Origin: Squalus acanthias | Taxonomy: Eukaryota | DNA length: 64,000 bases | Reading direction: 5' to 3' | NCBI GenBank assembly: GCA_030390025.1 | Contig: JASTWF010000033.1 | Coordinates: forward strand, 6,636,001 to 6,700,000 | In this document: positions 1-12,400 of the stretch, one piece after another | Layout: each line of letters starts with the position of its first letter | Position numbering within the stretch: position 1 is the stretch's first letter | The notes under the pieces: generated by a model | What the model was told of the DNA's origin: nothing | What the model saw: the letters and a program-made list of their open reading frames with translations, nothing else | The model's database searches: none | Program-made: the position numbers and the translations under genes

Positions 1-3000
1 TTGAGGGGCTGTATTAGATTGAGGGGCTGTATTACTTTGAAGACCTGTATTAATTTGAGGGGCTGTGTTTGTTCGAGATGCTGTATTAGTTTGACGTTGT
101 GTTAGTTTGAGGGGCTGTATTAGTTTGAGGGGCTGTATTAGCTTGAGGGGGTGTATTAGTATGAGGGACTGTATTAGTTTGAGGGGGTTTATTAGTATGA
201 GGGGGTGTATTAGTTTGAGGGGGTGTATTAGTTTGAGGGGCTGTATTAGTTTGAGGTGCTGTATTAGTTTGAGGGGCTGTATTAGCTTGAGGGGCTGTAT
301 TAGTTTGAGGGGCTATATTAGTATGAGGGGCTGTATTAGTTTGAGGTACTGTATTAGTTTGAGGGGATGTATTAGTTTGAGGGGCTATATTAGTTTGAGG
401 GGCTGTATTAGTTTGAGGGGCTGTATTAGTATGAGGGGCTGTATTAGCTTGAGGGGCTGTATTAGTTTGAGGGGCTATATTAGTATGAGGGGCTGTATTA
501 GTTTGAGGTACTGTATTAGTTTGAGGGGATGTATTAGTTTGAGGGGCTATATTAGTTTGAGGGGATGTATTAGTTTGAGGGGCTCTATTACTTTGAAGAC
601 CTGTATTAATTTGAGGGGCTGTGTTTGTTTGAGGGGCTGTATTAGATTGAGGAGCTGTATTAGCTTGAGGGGTGTATTAGTTTGAGGGGCTCTATTACTT
701 TGAAGACCTGTATTAATTTGAGGGGCTGTATTAGATTGAGGGGCTCTATTACTTTGAAGACCTGTATTAATTTGAGGGGCTGTGTTTGTTCGAAATGCTG
801 TATTAGTTAGACTTTTTTTTAGTTTGAGGGGCTGTCTTAGCTTGAGGAGCTGTATTAGCTTGAGGGGTGTATTAGTTTGAGGGGGTGTATTAGTTTGAGG
901 GGATGTATGAGTTTGAGGGGCTGTATTAGCTTGAGGGGCTGTATTAGTTTGAGGGGGTGTATTAGTTTGAGGGGATGTATGAGTTTGAGGGGCTGTATTA
1001 GCTTGAGGGGCTGTATTAGTTTGAGGGGCTGTATTAGTTTGAGGGGCTGTATTAGTTTGAGGGGATGTATGAGTTTGAGGGGCTGTATTAGCTTGAGGGG
1101 CTGTATTAGTTTGTGGGGCTGTATTAGTTTGAGGGGCTGTATTAGTTTGAGGGGCTGTATTAGTTTGAGGGGATGTATGAGTTTGAGGGGCTGTATTAGC
1201 TTGAGGGGCTGTATTAGTTTGAGGGGGTGTATTAGTTTGAGGGAGTGTATTAGCTTGAGGGACTGTTTTAGTTTGAGGGGGTGTATTAGTTTGAGGGGCT
1301 GTATTAGTTTGAGGGGGTGTATTAGTTTGAGGGGGTGTATTAGTTTGAGGGGCTGTATTAGTTTGAGGTGCTGTATTAGCTTGAGGGGCTGTATTAGTTT
1401 GAGGGTGTGTATTATTTTGAGGGGCTGTATTAGTTTGAGGGGATGTATTAGCTTGAGGGGCTGTATTAGTTTGAGGGGGTGTATTAGTTTGAGGGGGTGT
1501 ATTAGTTTGAGGGGCTGTATTAGTTTGAGGGGGTGTATTAGTTTGAGGGGCTGTATTAGCTTGAAGGGCTGTATTAGTTTGAGGGGGTGTATTAGTTTGA
1601 GGGGGTGTATTAGTTTGAGGGGCTGTATTAGTTTGAGGGGATGTATTATTTGAGGGGCTGTATTAGTTTGAGGGGATGTCTTAGATTGAGGGGCTGTATT
1701 AGTTTCGGGTGTGTATAAGTTTGAGGGGCTGTATTAGATTGAGGGGCTGTATTACTTTGAAGACCTGTATTAATTTGAGGGGCTGTGTTTGTTCGAGATG
1801 CTGTATTAGTTTGACGTTGTGTTAGTTTGAGGGGCTGTATTACTTTGAGGGTCTGTATTAGCTTGAGGAGCTGTATTAGCTTGAGGGGTGTATTAGTTTG
1901 AGGGGGTGTATTAGTTTGAGGGGATGTATGAGTTTGAGGGGCTGTATTAGCTTGAGGGGCTGTATTAGTTTGAGGGGGTGTATTAGTTTGAGGGGATGTA
2001 TGAGTTTGAGGGGCTGTATTAGCTTGAGGGGCTGTATTAGTTTGAGGGGCTGTATTAGTTTGAGGGGCTGTATTAGTTTGAGGGGATGTATGAGTTTGAG
2101 GGGCTGTATTAGCTTGAGGGGCTGTATTAGTTTGTGGGGCTGTATTAGTTTGAGGGGCTGTATTAGTTTGAGGGGCTGTATTAGTTTGAGGGGATGTATG
2201 AGTTTGAGGGGCTGTATTAGCTTGAGGGGCTGTATTAGTTTGAGGGGGTGTATTAGTTTGAGGGAGTGTATTAGTTTGAGGGACTGTTTTAGTTTGAGGG
2301 GGTGTATTAGTATGAGGGGGTGTATTAGTTTGAGGGGGTGTATTAGTTTGAGGGGCTGTATTAGTTTGAGGTGCTGTATTAGCTTGAGGGGCTGTATTAG
2401 TTTGAGGGTGTGTATTATTTTGAGGGGCTGTATTAGTTTGAGGGGATGTATTAGCTTGAGGGGCTGTATTAGTTTGAGGGGGTGTATTAGTTTGAGGGGC
2501 TGTATTAGTTTGAGGGGCTGTATTAGCTTGAGGGGCTGTATTAGTTTGAGGGGGTGTATTAGTTTGAGGGTCTGTATTAGTTTGAGGGGTTGTATTAGTT
2601 TGAGGGGATGTATTAGCTTGGGGGGCTGTATTAGTTTGAAGGGGTGTATTAGTTTGAGGGGCTGTATTAGCTTGAGGAGCTGTATTAGTTTGAGGAGGTG
2701 TATTAGTTTGAGGGGGTGTATTAGTTTGAGGGGCTGTATTAGTTTGAGGGGCTGTATTAGTTTGAGGGGGTGTATTAGTTTGAGGGGCTGTATTAGTTTG
2801 AGGGGCTGTATTAGTTTGAGGGGGTGTATTAGTTTGAGGGGCTGTATTAGCTTGAGGGGCTGTATTAGTTTGAGGGGGTGTATTATTTGAGGGGGTGTAT
2901 TAGTTTCAGGGGATGTATTCGTTTGAGGGACTGTATTAGTTTGAGGGGGTGTATTAGTTTCAGGGGATGTATTAGTTTGAGGGACTGTATTAGTTTGAGG

Positions 3001-6000
3001 GGATGTATTATTTGAGGGGCTGTATTAGTTTGAGGGGCTGTATTAGATTGAGGGGCTGTATTACTTTGAAGACCTGTATTAATTTGAGGGGCAGTGTTTG
3101 TTCGAGATGCTGTATTAGTTTGACGTTGTGTTAGTTTGAGGGGCTGTATTAGTTTGAGGGGCTGTATTAGCTTGAGGAGCTGTATTAGCTTGAGGGGGTG
3201 TATTAGTTTGACGGGCTGTATTAGCTTGAGGGGATGTATTAGTTTGAGGGGCTGTATTAGCTTCAGGGGCTGTATTAGTTTGAGGGGGTGTATTAGTTTG
3301 AGGGACTGTATTAGTTTGAGGGGGTTTATTAATATGAGGGGGTGTATTGGTTTGAGGGGCTGTATTAGTTTGAGGGGGTGTATTAGTTTGAGGGACTGTA
3401 TTAGTTTGAGGGGGTTTATTAGTATGAGGGGGTGTATTAGTTTGAGGGGGTGTATTAGTTTGAGGTACTGTATTAGTTTGAGGGGACGTATTAGTTTGAG
3501 GGGCTGTATTAGTTTGAGGGGACGTATTAGTTTGAGGGGGTGTATTAGTTTGAGGGGATGTATTAGATTGAGGGGCTGTATTAGTTTGAGGGGACGTATT
3601 AGTTTGAGGGGGTGTATTAGTTTGAGGGGATGTATTAGATTGAGGGGCTGTATTAGTTTCGGGTGTGTATTAGCTTGAGGGGCTGTATTAGTTTGAGGGG
3701 ACGTATTAGTTTGAGGGGGTGTATTAGTTTGAGGGGATGTATTAGATTGAGGGGCTGTATTAGTTTCGGGTGTGTATTAGCTTGAGGGGCTGTATTAGTT
3801 TGAGGGGACGTATTAGTTTGAGGGGGTGTATTAGTTTGAGGGGATGTATTAGATTGAGGGGCTGTGTTTGTTCGAAATGCTGTATTAGTTTGATTTTTTT
3901 TTAGTTTGAGGGGCTGTCTTAGTTTGAGGGGCTGTATTAGCTTGAGGAGCTGTATTAGCTTGAGGGGTGTATTAGTTTGAGGGGCTGTATTAGTTTGAGG
4001 GGGTGTATTAGTTTCGGGTGTGTATTAGCTTGAGGGGCTGTATTAGTTTGAGGGGACGTATTAGTTTGAGGGGGTGTATTAGTTTGAGGGGATGTATTAG
4101 ATTGAGGGGCTGTATTAGTTTCGGGTGTGTATTAGCTTGAGGGGCTGTATTAGTTTGCGGGGACGTATTAGATTGAGGGGCTGTATTAGTTTCGGGTGTG
4201 TATTAGCTTGAGGGGCTGTATTAGTTTGAGGGGACGTATTAGTTTGAGGGGGTGTATTAGTTTGAGGGGATGTATTAGATTGAGGGGCTGTGTTTGTTCG
4301 AAATGCTGTATTAGTTTGATTTTTTTTTAGTTTGAGGGGCTGTCTTAGTTTGAGGGGCTGTATTAGCTTGAGGAGCTGTATTAGCTTGAGGGGTGTATTA
4401 GTTTGAGGGGCTGTATTAGTTTGAGGGGGTGTATTAGTTTCAGGGGATGTATTCGTTTGAGGGACTGTATTAGTTTGAGGGGGTGTATTAGTTTCAGGGG
4501 ATGTATTAGTTTGAGGGGGTGTATTGGTTTGAGGGGCTGTATTAGTTTGAGGGGGTGTATTAGTTTGAGGGACTGTATTCGTTTGAGGGGGTTTATTAGT
4601 ATGAGGGGGTGTATTAGTTTGAGGGGGTGTATTAGTTTGAGGTACTGTATTAGTTTGAGGGGACGTATTAGTTTGAGGGTGTGTATTAGCTTGAGGGGCT
4701 GTATTAGTTTGAGGGGACGTATTAGTTTGAGGGGGTGTATTAGTTTGAGGGGATGTATTAGATTGAGGGGCTGTATTAGTTTCGGGTGTGTATTAGCTTG
4801 AGGGGCTGTATTAGTTTGAGGGGATGTATTAGTTTGAGGGGCTGTATTAGTTTGAGGGGATGTATTAGATTGAGGGGCTGTATTAGTTCCGGGTGTGTAT
4901 TAGCTTGAGGGGCTGTATTAGTTTGAGGGGACGTATTAGTTTGAGGGGGTGTATTAGTTTGAGGGGATGTATTAGATTGAGGGGCTGTGTTTGTTCGAAA
5001 TGCTGTATTAGTTTGACTTTTTTTTAGTTTGAGGGGCTGTCTTAGTTTGAGGGGCTGTATTAGCTTGAGGAGCTGTATTAGCTTGAGGGTGGAATTAGTT
5101 TGAGGGGCTGTATTAGTTTGAGGGGCTGTATTAGTTTGAGGGGATGTATGAGTTTGAGGGGCTGTATTAGCTTGAGGGGCTGTATTAGTTTGAGGGGGTG
5201 TATTAGTTTGAGGGAGTGTATTAGTTTGAGGGACTGTTTTAGTTTGAGGGGGTGTATTAGTTTGAGGGGGTGTATTAGTTTGAGGGGGTGTATTAGTTTG
5301 AGGGGCTGTATTAGTTTGAGGGACTGTATTAGTTTGAGGGGGTGTATTAGTTTCAGGGGATGTATTAGTTTGAGGGACTGTATTAGTTTGAGGAGCTGCT
5401 TTAATTTTAGGGGCTACATTAGTTTTAGGGGCTGAGTTAGTTTGAGGGGCTGTGTTAGTTTGTGATGCTGTATTAGTTTGTTGTATTGCGATATATTTTG
5501 ATGCTCTCGTAGCTTGTCAGTTTGAGAGTCTATATTAGTTTGAGGAGCTCGGTTAGATTGAGGTGCTCTAGTAGTTTGAGGGTCTGTATTGGTTTGAGCG
5601 GCTTTATTATTTGAAGGGCCTGTGCAGGTTTGAGGGGCTGTATTGATTTAAGGGACTCTCTTACTTTCAGGGGCTGTTCTAATTTGACGAGCTGTATTAG
5701 TTTGTGGGTCTGCATTAGTTTGAGCTGTTGTATTAGTTTGAGGTCCTGTATAAGTATGAGGTGCCGTGTTAGCTTTTGGTGCTCTAGTAGTTGAACGGGC
5801 TGTGTTAGCTTGAGGGTTATTTTAGTTTGAGGTGCTCTATTAGTTTGAGGAGCTGTGTTAATTTGATGACTGCATCAGATTGTAGGGCTGTATTATTTTG
5901 AGGAACTGTATTAATTTGAGCAGCTATATCAGTTTGACGGGCTGCATTCGTTTGATGGGCTTTATTAGTTGGAGGTTTTGTGTTAGTTTGAAGATCTTTT

Positions 6001-6612
6001 TAGTTTGTGGGACTGTATTAGTTTGTGTTCTGTATTAGTTTGAGAGTCTGGCTTTTTTGAGGGGCTTAATTAGTTGGAGGGTCTGTATTAGTTTGAAAGG
6101 CTGTATAAGTTTGAGGGTCTGTATTTGTTTTCGGGTCTGTATTATTTTGAGGGTTTGGATTAGTTTGAGGGACTGTATTAGTTTCAAAAGCTGTTTTAGT
6201 TCGACGGTGTGTTACTTTGAGGGACTGTATCAGTTTTCGGGGGCAGTATTAGTTTGAGGGACTTTAGCAGTTTGAGGGGCTGTGTTATTTTGAGATGCTA
6301 TTTTAGTTTGACGGTGTTATATTTTGAGGTGCTGTATCAGTTTGAGGGGCTGTATTATTTGGAGGGGCGGTATTAGTTTGAGGAGCTGTATTAGTTTGAG
6401 GGTCTGTCAAATTTGAGGGTCAGTATCAGTTTGAGGGTCTATATTAGTTGCGGTACTGTATTAGTTTGAGGGGCTGTATTTGTTTGAACCACTGTATAAG
6501 ATGAAGGGGCTCTTTTAGTTTGAGGGTGTGTTTGTTTGAGGAGCTGTATTATTTTGAGGCGTTGTACTATTTTGAGGGGCTGTAATAGATCGAGGGGCTG
6601 TATTAGATCGAG

Positions 6613-9420
6613 GCGATTACAGAGACATGGCTCCAAGCTGACCAAGGCTGGGAATTCAACATCCAGCGGTATTCAATATTCAGGATAGACAGGCAAAAAG
6701 AAAAAGGACGCGGTGTAGCATTGCTGATTAAAGAGGAGATTAACACAATATTAAGGAATGATGTTAGCTCTGATGATGTGGAATCTGTATGAGTAGAGCT
6801 GAGAAATAGCAAGGGGCAGAAAACGTAAGAGGGAGTTGTATACAGACGCCCAAACAGTAATGCTGAGATTGGGGATGGCATTGAACGGGAAATTAGAGAT
6901 GCGTGCAATAAGGGCACAGCAGTTATCATGGGTGACTTAAATCTACATATAGATTGGGCTAACCAAATTAGTAACAATACTGTGGAGGAGGAATTCCTAG
7001 AGTGTATACGTATTGGTTTCCTGGATCAATTTGTCGAGGAACCAACTAGACATCAGGCCATCTTAGACTGGGTATTATGTAATGAGAAAGGATTAATTAG
7101 CAATCTTGTTGTGCGAGGCCCCTTGGGGAGGAGCGATCATAATATGATAGAATTCCTCATTAAGATAGAGAGTGAAGTAGTTGACTCAGAGACTAGGATC
7201 CTGAATTTAAATAAAGGAAACTACGATGGTATGAGGCCCGAATTGGCTAGGAAGGATTGGGGAAGGTTACTTAAAAAGTTGACGGTGGATAAGCAATGGC
7301 AAACATTTCAAGATCGCATGGAAGAACTACAGAATTTGAACATCCCTGTTTGGCATAAAAATAAAACAAAAAAGGTAACTCAAACGTGGCTATCAAGGGA
7401 AATTAGGGATAGCATAAGATCCAATGAGAGGACATATAAATTGGCCAGTAAAAGCAGCAAACCTGAGGATTGAGAAAAGTTTCGGATTCAGCAAAGGAGG
7501 ACAAAGGGATTAATGAAGAGGGGGTAAATAGAGTATGAGAGTAAGCCTGCATGGAACATAAAAACTGATCGTAAAAGCTTCTATAGATATGTGACGAGAA
7601 AAAGATTTATGAAGTCAAGCGTAGGTCCCTTGCAGTCAGAATCAGGGGAATTTATAATGGGGAACAAAGAAATGGTAGGCCAATGAAATACATACTTTGG
7701 TTCTGTCTTCACAAAGGAGGACACAAATAACCGCCCAGAGCTGTCGGGGAACGTAGGGTCTAAAGAGAGGGAGGAATTGAATAAAATCAGTGTTTGTAGG
7801 GAAATGGTGTTAGGGAAATTGACGGGATTAAAGGCCGAAAGATCCCCAGGGCCTGATAATCGACATCCTAGGGTACTTAAGGAAGTGGCCCTAGAAATAA
7901 TAGATGCATTGCTAGTCATCTTCCAAAATTCTATAGACTCTGGAACAGTTCCCATGGATTGGAGGGTAGCTAATGTAACCCCACTATTTAAAAAAGGTGG
8001 GAGAGAGAAAACGGGAAATTATAGAGCGCTGAGCCTGACATCGGTAGTGGGGAAAATGCTGGAGTCCATTATAAAAGATGTAATAGCAGAGCACTTGAAA
8101 AACAGTGACAGGATCGGACAAAGTCAACATGGATTTACAAAAGGTAAATTATGCTTGACTAATCTACTTACATTTTTTGAGGATGTAACTGGTAGAATAG
8201 ATAAGGGAGAACCAGTGGATGTGGTGTATTTGATCTTTCAGAAGGCTTTCGATAAGTTCCCGCGTAAGAGATTAAAGTGCAAATTTAAAGCACATTGGAT
8301 TGGGGGTAAGGTACTGACTTGGATAGAGAACTGGTTGGCAGACAGGAAGCAAAGAGTTGGAATAAAAGGGTCTTTTTCCGAGTGGCAGGCAGTGACTGTG
8401 GGGTACCTCAGGGATCGGTGCTAGGACCCCAGTTATTCACAATATGTATTAATGATCTAGACGAAGGAACTAGATGTAATCTCTCCAAGTTTGCAAAGCT
8501 GGGTGGGCGTGTGTGTTGTGAGGAGGATGCAGAGAAACTCCAGTATAATTTGGACAAGTTGGGTGATTGGGCAGATGCATGGCAGATGCAGTATAATGTG
8601 GATAAATGCGAGGTTATCCACTTTGGTGGCAAAAACATGAAGGCAGATAATTATCTGAACGCCAATAGATTGGGAAAAGGGGAAGTGCAACGAGACCTGC
8701 GTGTCCTTCTGCAACAGTCGTTGAAGGTAAGCATGCAGGTGCAGCAGGCGGTTAAGAAGGCAAATGGTATTTAGGCCTTCATAGAGAGAGGATTCGAGTA
8801 CAGGAGCAAGGATGTCTTGCTGCAGTTGCACAGGGCCTTGATGAGACCACACTTTGAGTATTGTGTGCAGTTTTGGTCAACTTATCTGAGAAACTATGTT
8901 CTTGCCATGTAGGGAGTGCAGCGAAGATTCACCAGACTGATACGTGGGAATGGCAGGAATGACGTATGAAGAGATATTGGGACGATTGAGCTTCTATTCG
9001 CTGGAGTTTAGAAGAATGTGAGGGGATCTCATTGAAACTTATAAAATTCTAACAGGACTAGACAGACTAGATGCAGGAAGGATGTTCCCGATCGCGGTGG
9101 AGTCCAGAACCAGGGATCACAGTCTAAGGATAAGGGGTAAGCCATTTAGGACTGAGATGAGGAGGAATTTATTCACCCAGAGAGTGGTGAACCTGTGGAA
9201 TTCTCTACCACAAAAAGCAGTAGAGGCCAATTCATTAAATATATTCAAGAAGGAGTTAGATATATTTCTTAAGGCTAAAGGGATCAAGGCATATGGGGAG
9301 AAAGCAGGTACAGGGTGCTGAATTTGGATGATCAGCCATGATCTATTTAATTAGCGGAGCAGGCTCGAGGGGCCGAATGTCCTACTCCTGCTCCTATCTT
9401 CTGTGTTTCTATGTTTCTAT
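6613..9420 (+). mobile_element. CR1-clade LINE, 5'-truncated and decayed ORF2 (APE endonuclease + reverse transcriptase), inserted in satellite A
   Basis: Starts at the ITETWL motif. Contains GDLNLH, SDHN, SPGPD, QHGF, FQKAFD, PQGSVLGP and NLWNSLP motifs spread over several frames with stops. Ends in a CR1-type 3' UTR and TTCTATGT microsatellite tail. Confidence 0.95.
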
Positions 9421-12400
9421 TCGTTTGAGGTTTGCATTATTTTGAGGGGCTGTATCAATTTGAGCGTCCATAGTAATTTGAGGGTCTGTATTCGTTTGAG
9501 CTGCTCTATTTATTTCAGGATCTACATTAGTTTGATCGGCTGTATTAGTTTGAGGGGCTGTATTACATTGAAGACCTGTATTAATTTGAGGTTCTGTGTT
9601 AATTTGAGAGATTTTTCAGTTTAACGTTGTGTTAGTTTCAGGGGCTGTATTAGCTGGAGGGGCTGTATTAGTTTGAGGGGCTGTATTACATTGAAGACCT
9701 GTATTAATTTGAGGTTCTGTGTTAATTTGAGAGATTTTTCAGTTTAACGTTGTGTTAGTTTCAGGGGCTGTATTAGTTTGAGGGGCTGTATTAGTTTGAG
9801 GGGCTGTATTAGTTTGAGGGACTGTATTAGTCTGAGGGGGTGTATTAGTTTGAGGGTCTGTATTAGTTTGAGGGGCTGTATTAGTTTGGGGGACTGTATT
9901 AGTCTGAGGGGGTGTATTAGTTTGAGGGACTGTATTAGTTTGAGGTGCTGTATTAGTTTGAGGATCTATTATAGTTTATGTGGCTGTGCTGCTTTGAGGA
10001 GCTTTATTTGTTTGAGGGGCTCTTTAAGTTTGTTCTGCTTTATTTAGTTGAGGATCTGCGTTAGTTTGATAGGCTGTATTAGTTTGAGGATCTGTATTAG
10101 TTTGAGGGGCTGTACTAGTTTCAGGGACTGTACTAGTCTGAGGGGCTGTACTAGTTTCAGGGGCTGTATTAGTCTGAGGGGCTGTGCTAGTTTCAGGGGC
10201 TGTATTAGTCTGAGGGGCTGTACTAGTTTCAGGGGCTGTATTAGTCTGAGGGGCTGTGCTAGTTTCAGGGGCTGTATTATATTTCGGGGCCGTATTATTT
10301 TGAGGGTGTGAATTAGTTTGAGGAACTGTATTAGTTTGACGGGTTGTATTCGTTTGAGGGGCTGTATTAGTTTGAGGGACTCTCTCAGTTTGAGGCACGA
10401 ATTAGTTTGATAATCTGTTTTAGTTTCACGGTGTGTTAGTTTGCGGGGCTGTATTAGTTTGAGGGCTGTATTAGATTGGATAGCTCTATTATTTTGAGGG
10501 CTGTATTAGTTTGAGGGCTGTATTATTTTGTGTTGCTATATTAGTTTGAGGATCTATTATAGATTGAGGGGCTGTATTATTTTGAGGGGCTGTTTTAGAT
10601 TGAGTGACTATATTCGTTTGCGGGATTGTGTTAGTTTGAGGGGCTGTATTAGTTTGAGGTGCTCTATTAGTTTGAGGGGCTGTATTAGTTTAGGGTGCTG
10701 TATTTGTTTGTGGTGCTGTATTAGTTTGTCGTGCTGTGTTATGTTTGGATGCTTTCGTAACTGGAGGGGCTGTGTTAGTTTGAGAGTCCATATTACTTTG
10801 AGGGAGTGTGTTAGTTTGAGGAGCTCTGTTAGATTAAGGTGCTCTAGTAATTTGAGGGTCTGTATTGGTTTGAGGGGATTTATTATTTTGAGGGCCTCTG
10901 CAGATTTGAGGGGCTGTATTGGTTTGAGGGACTCTATTTGTTTCAGGGGCTGCATTAGTAGATGACTGTATAAGATTCAAGGTCTGTGTTAGTTTGAGGA
11001 GCTGTAATAGTTTGAGGTGCTGTGTTAGATTTCGGTGCTCTAGTAGTTGGATGGACTGTGTTAGTTTGAGAGATGTGTTAATTTAAGGTGCTCTATTAGT
11101 TTGAGGTACTGTGTTATTTTGAGGGGTTACATTAGTTTGTGGGACTGTATTATATTGAGAGGCTGTATTAGTTTGAAGTGCTGTACTATATTGAGGGACA
11201 GTATTAGTTTGATGACTGCATTATATTTAGTGGCTTTATTAGTTCGACGGGCTATAATATTTTGAGTAGCTATATTACTAAGAGGGGCTGTTTTAGTTTG
11301 AGGAGGTGTATTAGTTTGAGGGGTTGTATCAGTTTGAGAGGCTGTATTAGTTTAAGGGATTGTACTAGAATGAGCTGCTTTATTAGTTTGAGCTAATCTA
11401 TTTGTTTGAAGTGCTGTATTAGTTTGAGGGGCTGTGTTTTTTTATGATACTGCATTAGTTTGAGAGCTGTATTAGTTTGAGGGACTATTAGTTTGAGGGG
11501 CTGTATTATTTTATGGGGCTGTATAAGTTTGAGGGGCTGTATTACTTTTATGGGCTATATTAGATTGAGGTGCTGTATTAGTTTGAGAGATTATAATAGA
11601 TAGAGGGGCTGTAGTAATTTGAGGGCCTGTATTAGTTTGAGATGCTGTGTTAGTTTGAGGGGATGTATGATTTTGAGGGGTTTTATTTGTTTGAGGGAGT
11701 GTATTAGTTTGAGGGGCTGTATTAGTTTGAGGGACTGTATTAGTTTGAGGCGATGTGCTAGTTTGAGGGCTTGTATTAGTTTGAGAGACTATCAGTTTGA
11801 GGGGCAGTGTTAGTTTCAGAAGCTCTTTTAGTTTGAGGGTGGGTTTGTTTGAGGGGCTGTATTAGTTTAAGGGCTGTATTATTTTATGATGCTGTATTAG
11901 TTTGTGGTGCTCATTTACTTTGTCTTGCAGTGTTAGGTTTGGATGTTTTCGCAGCTGGAGGGGTTGCATTAGTTTGAGAGTCTATATTACTTTGAGGGAA
12001 TGGGTTAGTTGGAGGAACTCTGTTAGATTAATGTGCTCTAGTAATTTGAGTGTCTGTATTGGTTTGAGGGGATTTAATATTTTGAGGGCCTCTGCAGATT
12101 TGAGGGGCTGTATTGGTTTGAGGGACTCTATTAGTTTCAGGGGCTTTATTAGTTTGATGACTGTATAAGACTCAAAGGCTGTATTAGTTTGAGGAGCAGT
12201 ATTAGTTTGAGGTGCTGTGTTAGATTTTGGTGCTCTAGTAGTTCGATGGGCTGTGTTAGTTTGAGGGATATTTTTATTTAAGGTGCTCTATTAGTTTGAG
12301 TTACTGTGTTATTTTGAGGGGCTACATTAGTTTGAGGGACTGTATTAGATTGAGGCGCTGTATTAGTTTGAAGTGCTGTACTATATTGAGGGACAGTATT

